Shown here one piece after another: positions 54,018 to 62,667 of a stretch of 64,000 nt of DNA. The notes beneath the pieces are model-generated. The model saw nothing but the letters and a program-made list of their open reading frames with translations. It searched no databases and had not been told where the DNA came from. Numbering within the stretch: position 1 is the stretch's first letter; every line of letters starts with the position of its first letter. The position numbers and the translations under genes are program-made. Source of the DNA: a virus; the IMG/VR virus record IMGVR_UViG_3300020579_000009, positions 14,748 through 78,747 of that record; one strand, 5' to 3'.

Positions 54018-56483
54018 TCACGATTGCCTCTGAACGTGGTGCTGGTTGCCGCTCGGCGGCTGCGGTCTATGAGGTTTTGCGGTCTGCCCTTTTTCCGCCC
54101 TTTGCTGCCTTACGATTGGATTTTTAGGGACTTGCCCGCCCGTCTTTCCGCTCTGCGTTCCTTCCGGTTGCCGTGGCCCTCCTTGCGCCGGAGGCTGCCC
54201 TGCTGTCTGAGCGGCGGCCTCTTGGCCAGCTCCTTGCACCACAGCCATCATCTGTTGCTGTTTCATTTCCGTAATCATGTGGAGTTGCGCGTGCTGCAAG
54301 ATGAGTTGGGTCAATTGCGGGTCGTCGTCGGCCTCATCCGAATTAAGCCACACACGGCAGATGTTGATGTGCGCGGGATTGTTGTCCCGAATGAGCATAG
54401 GCTGAATCTGTTGCTTTGTTTGCTTCATCTGCTCGATTTCTTTCCACTGTTTCTTGTCGTCCATGTAGGAAGAACCGAGTTCCGCGTCCAGATGGTACAA
54501 GTCGAGCGACTTCCTGACTACGCGCGGGTCTTGCGGATTGAGGACACCGGAAGCTACCGCTTGAGCGAAGGCTTCCTGCTCGGCTGGGTCAATCGGCAAA
54601 ATCCTTGTTTCAATAGTGAACTTGTCAGGGTCAAGCGCGGAGCCTCTGAGCTTACTGAACTCCCACCTGCCGTTGATTCCGTTCACCGCATGAATCCGGT
54701 CATCCACCCAATTCTCAGCGGCGAGTTTCAGGACTTGCTTGGCCCAATTCTCATCTGACACTTTCCAGAGCATGAGATTCGGGAGCAGCGCATTGTCGCT
54801 CTTGGCCGCTGCCGATTCCTGCCCGCCGTAAGTATTCGTTCCGGTTTCGTGCTGCCCCATCGCCGCTGGGCTGACCTGTGCATGGAACTGCATGTCCTGA
54901 AGCTGGGAATTCCTCCATTGCCACGTTTCAGGTGTTAACGGCTGGGCTTTGATGGTTTCAAACGCATCGCGCACGGGCCGTCCGGCGCTCTTCACTTCAA
55001 TCACTGTAGAGGGGTCGTTGATAATTTCGTTCTTGTCGATACGCTGAGAATCGATAGCCAGCAGTGGCACGGAGTTGTAACCCTGATTCCTGCCAATCAG
55101 GCGGTCGGTCTCATCTAGTTTCAACTGCGGTGGAATCAAATCATCGTCGCCATCGGCCCAGATTCTTCCCGGCACGGGGTTGAAAACGTAGTGCGTCCAG
55201 TGGTCGTCTATCGATTCGTTCCTCGCCTCGCAAAGAACATCTCCGGTCTTGCAGATGTAGAGGCCATCGGGGAATTTCTTTGCTAGTTCCTTATCGAAAA
55301 AGTAGGTGGATGGCCGCAGCCAGCATTCAATCAGCAGGGCTTTTGCTGCGGCGGTAGCGCGTTCATACCAGGCTGCGTATTGGGTTGGGTCTCCAGGGAG
55401 GTCAGCAAGAGATTGAAGATATATAAGTCCCAGATCGCCGCCAGTTGCATACGCCTCTCCGCCTCCCTCATCGCCGCTCGGCGCAAGCTGTACGTCAGGG
55501 AAGCACGCTTGTAGAGCCAGGCGGTCAACAACCCGGTTGCGAACCAGAAAAGGGGCATGCCATAGGTCATAGCTGGAACTCCTGATATAGATTTCAAGCG
55601 GGTTTACAGCTTCGGTGATGATTTCGCCTTTAGGATAACGCACATTCCCTGCAACAAATGGGAGCCTGCTGACGACGGGTGGCATATGCTGAGTAATTGG
55701 GGTTTGGCAACCGGGACATTGGCTGAAGTTCCCCTCAAGAGGCCCGCAAGTTCCGCACACGCTGGCCCCTGGTGAAAGAAGAACATCCGCATCCTGATAC
55801 ACAGGGCTGGTGACATAGCCGTACCTCGTATCCTTGCTGAAATAGCTGAAGCGGAAACTGTTGCCAAAGAGGCGCAGGTTCAGTGCTTCGATGACCCGGA
55901 GGTAGTCGTACTTGACCGATTTCTTGATGATTTCGAGCGCCGTTCGCGCGGCCTTGGCCGCCCCTTGCGCTTCCGCATCGTCGTTCGATGGCACGGGCTC
56001 GATGAGCGGCTCGTTCTGGACATAGGCTCTTACGCCTTGCCGGATGAGCGAGCGGTAGTAATTGTTCGGGAAAGCATAGTCTCCCGAATCTTGCAGCAGC
56101 ACATCCCAGGCAACATTGATTTCGCTCCATTCAAGTTCGTGATAGCCCTGGTAGATAAGGGCGTTCCGCATCCACTTCCTTGCGAACTGAATCTTCTCGA
56201 AGCTGCCTTCCTGGTAGTAGTAATTCGCAAGGCCCAGAATCTTTTTGTCTATCGCTTCATCGAACTTGTACTGCGGCCTGATATCTTCGGGGCGCGGTTT
56301 CTCGGTGGGACTTCTTACGGGCTTGCTGGCGTTGCTGAAAAAATCCTTGATGCTTCCGCCGATGCCACGGATAAGGGACTGGCTTCCGCCTGGAGGGGAT
56401 TTCTTACCATTACCGCCGACACCTGTGCCCACGCTTGGCGAGCCGGAGCCAACCGCTAAACCGCCCTTGGGGACATCAGGCAC
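54018..56483 (-). CDS. Portal protein, module B, with double-CxxC insert
   Basis: Aligns with 7630..10011 (NYYRS, NLRLFGNSFR, DPTQY..WYERA, DGDDDLIP). Confidence 0.8.
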   Translation of the reverse strand: MPDVPKGGLAVGSGSPSVGTGVGGNGKKSPPGGSQSLIRGIGGSIKDFFSNASKPVRSPTEKPRPEDIRPQYKFDEAIDKKILGLANYYYQEGSFEKIQFARKWMRNALIYQGYHELEWSEINVAWDVLLQDSGDYAFPNNYYRSLIRQGVRAYVQNEPLIEPVPSNDDAEAQGAAKAARTALEIIKKSVKYDYLRVIEALNLRLFGNSFRFSYFSKDTRYGYVTSPVYQDADVLLSPGASVCGTCGPLEGNFSQCPGCQTPITQHMPPVVSRLPFVAGNVRYPKGEIITEAVNPLEIYIRSSSYDLWHAPFLVRNRVVDRLALQACFPDVQLAPSGDEGGGEAYATGGDLGLIYLQSLADLPGDPTQYAAWYERATAAAKALLIECWLRPSTYFFDKELAKKFPDGLYICKTGDVLCEARNESIDDHWTHYVFNPVPGRIWADGDDDLIPPQLKLDETDRLIGRNQGYNSVPLLAIDSQRIDKNEIINDPSTVIEVKSAGRPVRDAFETIKAQPLTPETWQWRNSQLQDMQFHAQVSPAAMGQHETGTNTYGGQESAAAKSDNALLPNLMLWKVSDENWAKQVLKLAAENWVDDRIHAVNGINGRWEFSKLRGSALDPDKFTIETRILPIDPAEQEAFAQAVASGVLNPQDPRVVRKSLDLYHLDAELGSSYMDDKKQWKEIEQMKQTKQQIQPMLIRDNNPAHINICRVWLNSDEADDDPQLTQLILQHAQLHMITEMKQQQMMAVVQGAGQEAAAQTAGQPPAQGGPRQPEGTQSGKTGGQVPKNPIVRQQRAEKGQTAKPHRPQPPSGNQHHVQRQS

Positions 56484-56772
56484 TATTGTCTCTCCTCACG
56501 GCGCGGTATACGTCCTTGGTAAAGTCAGGGACTCCGATGGGGACAGTGAGCCGTTTCCGCATGTCCGGCTTGAGCGGAGTCTTTCCCGGTTCTTCACCTT
56601 CCATAGTGATTGCCGGGATTTCTAAGGACTTCACGGAGAAAATCCTCATCCACTTCTCTTCCCGGCTGTTGCTCATCCATATCTGGTAAGCGAGAAGTGC
56701 GGCCAGCGGGAGGCTTCCCGCCAGAAAGCTCAAAAGCGAAATCGTCGCCAGCGTTGTCATCGAAAACCCCAT
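56476..56772 (-). CDS. Small membrane-anchored protein
   Basis: Counterpart of 10012..10284. Confidence 0.55.
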   Translation of the reverse strand: MGFSMTTLATISLLSFLAGSLPLAALLAYQIWMSNSREEKWMRIFSVKSLEIPAITMEGEEPGKTPLKPDMRKRLTVPIGVPDFTKDVYRAVRRDNSA

Positions 56773-56805
56773 ACTTGAACCTCGATTCGATTGGAAATTC
56801 CACGG

Positions 56806-56997
56806 CTAACCTCCTGTAAACCTTTGATGCACCCGGTTGTTTACTTCAAGCGTCTCAATCAGTTTTGTTTCCTTCAAGATTCTTCCCGTCAGATGGCAGG
56901 TTGGAACGGTGGGGCCGTAGGCAATCGGCGGCGCGTTCTGGATTTCTTTTAGCTCCTCGGCAACCTGCCTTACCAGTTCAGGTGTTGGCATCGGCAA
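56806..56997 (-). CDS. Small hypothetical protein
   Basis: Counterpart of 10324..10539, mostly lacking the Cys residues. Confidence 0.5.
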   Translation of the reverse strand: MPMPTPELVRQVAEELKEIQNAPPIAYGPTVPTCHLTGRILKETKLIETLEVNNRVHQRFTGG

Positions 56998-57643
56998 TTT
57001 CTCCTACAATCTTTCTGCCTTCCTTCACGGAAGGATTCTCCAAATCGTTCAGGATGTCCTGCACGCGCATGCGTTCGAGCAAATCATCATCCCGCCACTG
57101 AGCGCAGACCGCTCCATTCTCTATTGTCGTTTGCAGCACACGGCAAAAACCTTTGGGCTCCAGGCGCTTATCGTTGCCTTCCGTCATGTAGTGGTCGCAA
57201 TCATCGCCGCCGTTTTCTCCGCCGCAGCTTGCCCCGCCGATATCCTGTCCCACTTCCGGGGCGTTAATCCAGATGAGTCCTAATAGTTCCGGGTCGTTGG
57301 CTGCCGTGAACATTTCCGGCCCGTAGTTCGGCTCGCCTCTGTCCCACATCGAGCAGCACGGCCAGTACTCAATGGGCTTGGCGTCGGCTGTTTCCCGTAC
57401 TGGGTAAGTGAATTTCTTTACTTTCGTCCACGGGCCGATGAGCATGCAGGACTTCCCGTAGTTGAAGAAATGGCAGTTGTAGCAGGTGGCAGGCTCTCCG
57501 CCCATCGATGCGGACGGCACAAACATGACTTCGCCCTTGCTGGGAGTAGGAACGGTATAGATATCGGGGCGAGACCCGGCGCGGCGCTGGGCGTTAATCT
57601 TTTTCAGCGTCTCCGCCGTGTAGACGAGAAATCCTTTGCTCAC
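56978..57643 (-). CDS. Cys-rich tandem HiPIP-like protein, module B
   Basis: CYNCHFF..C..WPCC..CGGENGGDDCDHY..GFC..CAQW. Confidence 0.7.
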   Translation of the reverse strand: MSKGFLVYTAETLKKINAQRRAGSRPDIYTVPTPSKGEVMFVPSASMGGEPATCYNCHFFNYGKSCMLIGPWTKVKKFTYPVRETADAKPIEYWPCCSMWDRGEPNYGPEMFTAANDPELLGLIWINAPEVGQDIGGASCGGENGGDDCDHYMTEGNDKRLEPKGFCRVLQTTIENGAVCAQWRDDDLLERMRVQDILNDLENPSVKEGRKIVGEIADANT

Positions 57644-57758
57644 TTGTCCTTCATCTTCACCTTGAGTTTAATGCTCTTGAGCTTGCCAGCGGTCGCGGCT
57701 TTCTTGGCCACGTCCACGACAGGCTTCATCATGGAAGTTGAGTTTGCCATAGATTCTC

Positions 57759-58016
57759 CTAAGTAGCGAAGGCCATGCCGTTCGCGTAGTCGCCGCGATT
57801 CAAGTCCTCGGCATAGGTTCTGGTAAGCGTCGCCCCGGTCGCCCCGCCATTCACCGTGGTATTGAAGCTGGTGAAGTCGGCTGCGGGAATGACCACGGCA
57901 AACCGCAAGTCAGCGTTGGGATTCAATCCATCGTTAGTGGAATAAAAATCGAGGCGCACGTTGCCGCTAGCCATTTTTAGAGCGACGACGGAAACACCTG
58001 GGATATTTACGGCCAT
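57759..58016 (-). CDS. Small putative structural protein
   Basis: Start MAVNIPG with SD AAGGAG; ASGNVRL resembles ASGACRL of 3965..4204. Confidence 0.55.
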   Translation of the reverse strand: MAVNIPGVSVVALKMASGNVRLDFYSTNDGLNPNADLRFAVVIPAADFTSFNTTVNGGATGATLTRTYAEDLNRGDYANGMAFAT

Positions 58017-58017
58017 A

Positions 58018-58275
58018 CTAAACTCCTTTGATAATCGGTGAGGTAGCTGCGGCGGCTTTAGCCTGCTCGGCTTTTCGTTCGAGCAGGGCTCCAACCGCTT
58101 CCATGAGTTCGCTGTCCTTGAGGATGCCTTTGGCTACGAGGATTTCTTCGAGTGCTTCTATCGCTACGGCGGTGGAGCCGACATTCGTTACCAGGCGCTC
58201 TTCCATCGCGGAGACTTCGCCGCGCGAGATGGGCTCGCGCATGACTTCTCTCCACTTGGCTTGGCCCGTCAGCAT
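58018..58275 (-). CDS. Helical hypothetical protein
   Basis: Packed ORF. Confidence 0.55.
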   Translation of the reverse strand: MLTGQAKWREVMREPISRGEVSAMEERLVTNVGSTAVAIEALEEILVAKGILKDSELMEAVGALLERKAEQAKAAAATSPIIKGV

Positions 58276-58661
58276 CAGGAAGCCAGTTGGCTCTTGAGCG
58301 ATTCCGCCGTCGCGGTCTTGGCAGCGAGTATCGCATCGGCGGCAGCTTTATCGGCAGAGGCTTTCATGTCTGCTGCTCTTGCGGTTGCAGCGGCTTGCGC
58401 GGCATCGGAAACTTTCTTCGCCGTGTCGGCGCGGTCTTGCGCTGCTTTAGCCTCGGCCTGCGCGGCAAGAGCCGCAGCTTGGGCGCGGGCAAGAGACTCC
58501 TTTGCGGCAGCGTCGGCGGCAGCGGCAGCTTCAGCGGCAAGAGCGGAAGCGGGCTTCGGGTCGGCGTAGAGACGTTCTAATTCGTCGCACATCGCAACTA
58601 CATCGGCGGGAGTAGCCAGTCCTTTATGAACGCGGGCGGAAATGTCAGAGAGATTGAGCAT
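58275..58661 (-). CDS. Ala-rich coiled-coil protein
   Basis: SD AGGAGG; A/K/D-rich helix. Confidence 0.6.
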   Translation of the reverse strand: MLNLSDISARVHKGLATPADVVAMCDELERLYADPKPASALAAEAAAAADAAAKESLARAQAAALAAQAEAKAAQDRADTAKKVSDAAQAAATARAADMKASADKAAADAILAAKTATAESLKSQLAS

Positions 58662-58670
58662 GAAATCCTC

Positions 58671-60161
58671 CTACGGGCGAGACGATACCACATTCGGCCT
58701 TTGAAAACGAGAGAATCTCGGTCGCTGATACTTTTTCTGCGTGGGAACGCCTTCTCCTTCCCGCTTATGTTTGTCGGCTTCATACCAGTAGAGCCGGGAA
58801 GTTTCATCGAGCGCGGGATTTTGCCAGGGCTTCGCGGCGGCTATTTTCTCCGGTTCAGGGCGGAAGGTATGGATGGCATAGCGAATAGCGGAAGGGCAGT
58901 GAGAATTTTCGTGCGCTGGCTCAAACTTAGGATTCCCGCTACGGTCTTTGGCCCATTTGTAGGCTGGAACTTCACGGAGAGTGTTTCGACACCGCGAAGA
59001 GACAAAGTATCGAGGGCTGCCAGCAACGCTGGGATTAAATGGGTGGGACAATCGAGGGTCAACGTGCATGTACTGCTCGGTTTTGAATAACCCCGGTGTG
59101 ACTTCCTTGATGGCGGGCTGGCCGAAGATGCCGTGCTCTTCGAGTTCGAGCGCGGCAGCTCTCTGTGCATAGTCATAAGCGATTCCTTCTATCGGGTGGA
59201 GCCCGATTTTGGTGTGGAGTTCCTCGCTGATGGGCTTGATTCGGAGTCCTGAACCGTAAACTTCATCGAACTGGTAGAGCCGCCCGTCAGGAGCAACTGC
59301 GATAATCGGGATGGCCCACGGGTCGCCATCTTCTCCTCCGCCGATGTCCATGCCCACGATGACCGGCCAGTCGTTCGGAGGGTTAGGTTCGCCTCCAAAG
59401 ATGTCGTAGTGCTTGGTATCGTCCCAGACATGGGTGATTTCCGAGAATTCCTTGAACACCAGGTCGCTGAAGTCGGCAAAAGAGCCGTGAATAAAGCGGT
59501 CTGCCCAATCGGGAGGGTAGGTATTGAGCATGTTTTCGATGGTTTCAGCGGGCAAAAACACGTTGTCCATGCTGGACATGGTGATTCCGAGGTTCGCTTG
59601 AAGTGCTTTTTTCCGGTTGGGGTCGAAAAAGTGTCTCCAGACCCAATCGTGGCCCGCTGGGTTCGATGCCAGCCTTATAATTCTTCGCGGAGCGGTCTTT
59701 CGGCGCACTCCGCCCAAGATTACGAAGTAAATCTCCTCGCTAATCTCCACAGCCTCATCGATAAAGGCCGCAGAGAGGTTCATGCTCTTGATATGCCCGA
59801 CAACTTTGGGGTCGGTGATGTCCAGATGCTTGAAAATCGTCTGATGGCCGTTGCGCCACTGGAAAATCTTCTTCGATTCCTCCCATTTGCCCCATCCTTC
59901 CTCGACCAGCTCCAGAAATATCTGCATGGTGCTCGTCTCAAGGGCGGGCATGTTCAATCGGCCAATGAGAGAGACACCATTCGGGTCGGCATTGGCAAAC
60001 GTGATGGCCGAAGCGCAAAGAACTACGCTCTTTCCCGACCCACGGCCACCGACGATGGCCCCCATGCGGTTATCGGAGGCTAGGAACTGGTATTGTTTGG
60101 GAGCTTTGGGCAGGTTCTCGATGAAAGTTTTGAAGTCGAGTTCGCCGGTGCGAATGCCCAT
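58671..60161 (-). CDS. terL: Terminase large subunit, module B (third nuclease Asp replaced by Ser)
   Basis: PKQ adenine motif, GGRGSGKS, AFIDEA, SNP, GMDIG, YDYA, HCPSAIRY. Confidence 0.9.
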   Translation of the reverse strand: MGIRTGELDFKTFIENLPKAPKQYQFLASDNRMGAIVGGRGSGKSVVLCASAITFANADPNGVSLIGRLNMPALETSTMQIFLELVEEGWGKWEESKKIFQWRNGHQTIFKHLDITDPKVVGHIKSMNLSAAFIDEAVEISEEIYFVILGGVRRKTAPRRIIRLASNPAGHDWVWRHFFDPNRKKALQANLGITMSSMDNVFLPAETIENMLNTYPPDWADRFIHGSFADFSDLVFKEFSEITHVWDDTKHYDIFGGEPNPPNDWPVIVGMDIGGGEDGDPWAIPIIAVAPDGRLYQFDEVYGSGLRIKPISEELHTKIGLHPIEGIAYDYAQRAAALELEEHGIFGQPAIKEVTPGLFKTEQYMHVDPRLSHPFNPSVAGSPRYFVSSRCRNTLREVPAYKWAKDRSGNPKFEPAHENSHCPSAIRYAIHTFRPEPEKIAAAKPWQNPALDETSRLYWYEADKHKREGEGVPTQKKYQRPRFSRFQRPNVVSSRP

Positions 60162-60173
60162 GCGCGAAGTCTA

Positions 60174-60323
60174 TCAGGTTTTCAGCCACACCAGGAACCT
60201 TACTATTCTCGAATCCCAATCGACGGGCTGAACGTTCCAGACAAAACCTAGGAGCGCCGCAAATATCCATGCTCCGCAAGAACAGAGCAAAACGACCAGA
60301 AAAATCTTCCATAGAAAGCTCAT
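60174..60323 (-). CDS. Small membrane protein
   Basis: MSFLWKIFLVVLL; ATGA coupling. Confidence 0.5.
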   Translation of the reverse strand: MSFLWKIFLVVLLCSCGAWIFAALLGFVWNVQPVDWDSRIVRFLVWLKT

Positions 60324-60730
60324 ATCCCACCATGCTTTGCTGTGAACCGAATACCATAGGCATTGCCAGCGCCGAGGTAGAGCCTCGGCAAACGCTCCAG
60401 CTTGTGATGGCCTGTCCTGTGGAGCAAGAACGAAAGCCCCTCCCCTGCTCCGTAGAAGGCAAGCTGAAATCCCACCATCCCGGCGCAACTCTGAGTGGGC
60501 AGGTTCATCTCACGCTGGCCCCTAGCCAGGAAGCGGCAGGTAATTGCTGAGTCCGTCGCGGCCAAAGTCCCTGCTGCGGCTAGTTCCAGTTTGGCGAAGC
60601 GGTCGTAGAACTGGTGGGGGTTTTGGCTCGCGCCGGGCAACCCCCCGCTGCCCTTGAACGTGTTAGTACGCTCCACGCCAAGATTTGGCACAGCCGAGCA
60701 TAGCAAACACCAAAGCAAAAGTCCGCTCAT
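60320..60730 (-). CDS. Secreted/membrane hypothetical protein
   Basis: C-terminal ~85 aa almost identical to 13406..13930. Confidence 0.65.
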   Translation of the reverse strand: MSGLLLWCLLCSAVPNLGVERTNTFKGSGGLPGASQNPHQFYDRFAKLELAAAGTLAATDSAITCRFLARGQREMNLPTQSCAGMVGFQLAFYGAGEGLSFLLHRTGHHKLERLPRLYLGAGNAYGIRFTAKHGGI

Positions 60731-61080
60731 TCGATTATCGCCATCCCTCCGCATTGCCAGCAGCGGTAGCCTTTCTGCGTTCCATGCTTGCAGTACTTTC
60801 CTTTGGCTCGCTTCGTAGGTTTATCCGCCAATACGGGAGCAGCCGATACCCCGCGTCCATGAACCTCTTCCACTCCAACGGTATTAGCCCGCCGTTCAGC
60901 CACACGTACTCGCTCAGGCCGTGGCAACTCCGAATCTGTCTCCAGTTCTCCAAGTAGTGTCTCCCTTGCCCATTCCACTACCGTGCGCCCTTCACTCCGC
61001 GCTTTCTCTGTCAGCCGCGTCAGGTCGCTAGCTTCCACGTAAACCACCAACCGCGTCCGTTCCGTAAACAGCTTCCTCAT
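60727..61080 (-). CDS. RHH-like DNA-binding protein with Cys/His knuckle
   Basis: Paralog of 13927..14289. Confidence 0.55.
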   Translation of the reverse strand: MRKLFTERTRLVVYVEASDLTRLTEKARSEGRTVVEWARETLLGELETDSELPRPERVRVAERRANTVGVEEVHGRGVSAAPVLADKPTKRAKGKYCKHGTQKGYRCWQCGGMAIIE

Positions 61081-61205
61081 CGCACATATGTTTTACATTA
61101 TCGGGCACATGTGTGTCAAGAGAATTCGCAAAAGTTGGGAGGGATTCTGTAAATCTAAATAGCCATACCGGGGGTTTTTGGCTGCTTGGGTCTGGTTCTA
61201 GTTAG

Positions 61206-61320
61206 GTACTGGTAGTTTTGGTGCGTCCCATAAGACTTATTGTGTTAACTAGGACATGATGATACTAAAGGACTTAGCTTATAGTTGCACAATAATGGTG
61301 CAGTGTGACGCTATTTGTCT
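61206..61320. repeat. Conserved non-coding block, copy 2
   Basis: Matches 14403..14517. Confidence 0.9.
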
Positions 61321-61802
61321 TCCGGTGCGGCGTTAACTTCGATGACTGGCTGAGTGGTATCTGCTTGAGTCTGCGGGCCTTGCTGCTTGAACATGATGTT
61401 TATGGCTTGGCTGAGATGGATTTGCTCGGGGCCAGGGCTGTTTTTTGCGTTTTCGCCGATTACTCCCATGTCATTCAAGAACTTACGGCCTAGCTCGCCA
61501 TCGCCCTTTTTAAGCTGAGTTCCTATGGCCGTGATTGCTTCAGGAATCAGCGTGGCACAGGTAAATCTGCCCACTTCCATCTGTCGGTCAATGTCCGATT
61601 CCTCTGCAATTGCCTTGGCTGTGTTTACAGCGATTTTTAAGTCCTTTGCTATGTGCGCCCAAGGCTTACCATTGGCTCTGCTGAGGATAACAGCAGTCTT
61701 AATCGCTGGGGCTTTCCTTGATTTGCTGGTTTTGATGGCTGTGACGGGCTGAGAATCACTTGGTGAGGCATCTGGAGCGAGGGTCTGAGTTGCGGTGCTC
61801 AC
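61311..61802 (-). CDS. Putative terminase small subunit (HTH), module B
   Basis: GTG start at 61802 (MSTATQ, cf. MSTDS) 7 nt after TTGACC-17nt-GATAAT; SRKAPAIK..RANG..IAKDLKIAVNT; ends IEVNAAPEDK. Confidence 0.55.
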   Translation of the reverse strand: MSTATQTLAPDASPSDSQPVTAIKTSKSRKAPAIKTAVILSRANGKPWAHIAKDLKIAVNTAKAIAEESDIDRQMEVGRFTCATLIPEAITAIGTQLKKGDGELGRKFLNDMGVIGENAKNSPGPEQIHLSQAINIMFKQQGPQTQADTTQPVIEVNAAPEDK

Positions 61803-61834
61803 AGGAGGGATTATCTGCTTTGCGCTGCGGGAGG

Positions 61835-62089
61835 TCAAGCCTTTTCTGCCGGGAAGCAAACAGGGCATTTAGGGCTGCCGTACCATGCTCCGCCACACTT
61901 CGGACAATCGCCACCATCCACGTATTGCTGCGTAGCCTGTTCTCCCGGTGCTGCTTTGCGCCCCGCACTCGTTGCCAGCAGAAAGAAAATCGCTACGAAT
62001 AGAGCCGAGAGCATTTTCTCCAAGGTATTTCTGGCCGTCATGCAAGCCATCGCCACACAAAATGAAGCTATAAAACCAAGTGTTCTCAC
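61835..62089 (-). CDS. Small membrane/zinc-finger early protein
   Basis: GTG start after GGAGAGG; internal GRKAAPGE linker; CPKC..CPVC. Confidence 0.5.
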   Translation of the reverse strand: MRTLGFIASFCVAMACMTARNTLEKMLSALFVAIFFLLATSAGRKAAPGEQATQQYVDGGDCPKCGGAWYGSPKCPVCFPAEKA

Positions 62090-62355
62090 GTTCCCTCTCC
62101 CGGTGCTTTTTGCTGCGCCGCGCGCTCTGCTGTGATTCTTAGCGCTAGCCAACGCTCAAAATTTGCTTGCCCTGTTCCCAATACCCTTCTAGCTTCGATT
62201 AGGCCGTCCAGCCTAGCGGCGCTGGCATAACGGGTCAGCAGGTCGGCCAGTTCAGTTACGGTATTAGACATGTAGGTTTCGTGGTGGAATCGGTTGTCTT
62301 GGCGAATCAGCCACTCTCGAGCAACCTGACGCGCTCTCTCGCTCGGCTCACTCAT
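62086..62355 (-). CDS. Hypothetical early protein
   Basis: MSEPSERAR...RAAQQKAPGE linker ends. Confidence 0.6.
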   Translation of the reverse strand: MSEPSERARQVAREWLIRQDNRFHHETYMSNTVTELADLLTRYASAARLDGLIEARRVLGTGQANFERWLALRITAERAAQQKAPGEGT

Positions 62356-62382
62356 TTGTAGCCCCTTCCCCAGCTAGGCGGG

Positions 62383-62667
62383 TCATGGGCGCGACTCCGG
62401 CCAAACGGTTTCGCGGGCTTCATGCGAGCCTAGGCCGCGTTCAAGCAAATAGGTATAATCCTGTAACTTGCTGCACTCATGTTCCGCCATACAAACCTTG
62501 TGCGCTAATTCCAATTGTCCCATGCCGAGTAAGTCGATAGTTTTTATCAGCCGTCTAAGCGTTTTCCGTTCAATCGATATTGAACAATGCTCGACTCGCT
62601 CATCGTCCAAGCAGAACTCTTTTGCCAAAGAATCTAATTCCGGTTGACGCATCGTTTCCTCTATCAT
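62383..62667 (-). CDS. Hypothetical early protein
   Basis: SD GGAGG; occupies the slot held by the Phd-like gene in the other copy. Confidence 0.55.
   Translation of the reverse strand: MIEETMRQPELDSLAKEFCLDDERVEHCSISIERKTLRRLIKTIDLLGMGQLELAHKVCMAEHECSKLQDYTYLLERGLGSHEARETVWPESRP

Noticed and set aside
58275-58600. Tandem DNA repeat in the Ala-rich ORF
   Set aside because: Low-complexity codon usage of an Ala-rich helix, not a discrete repeat unit.
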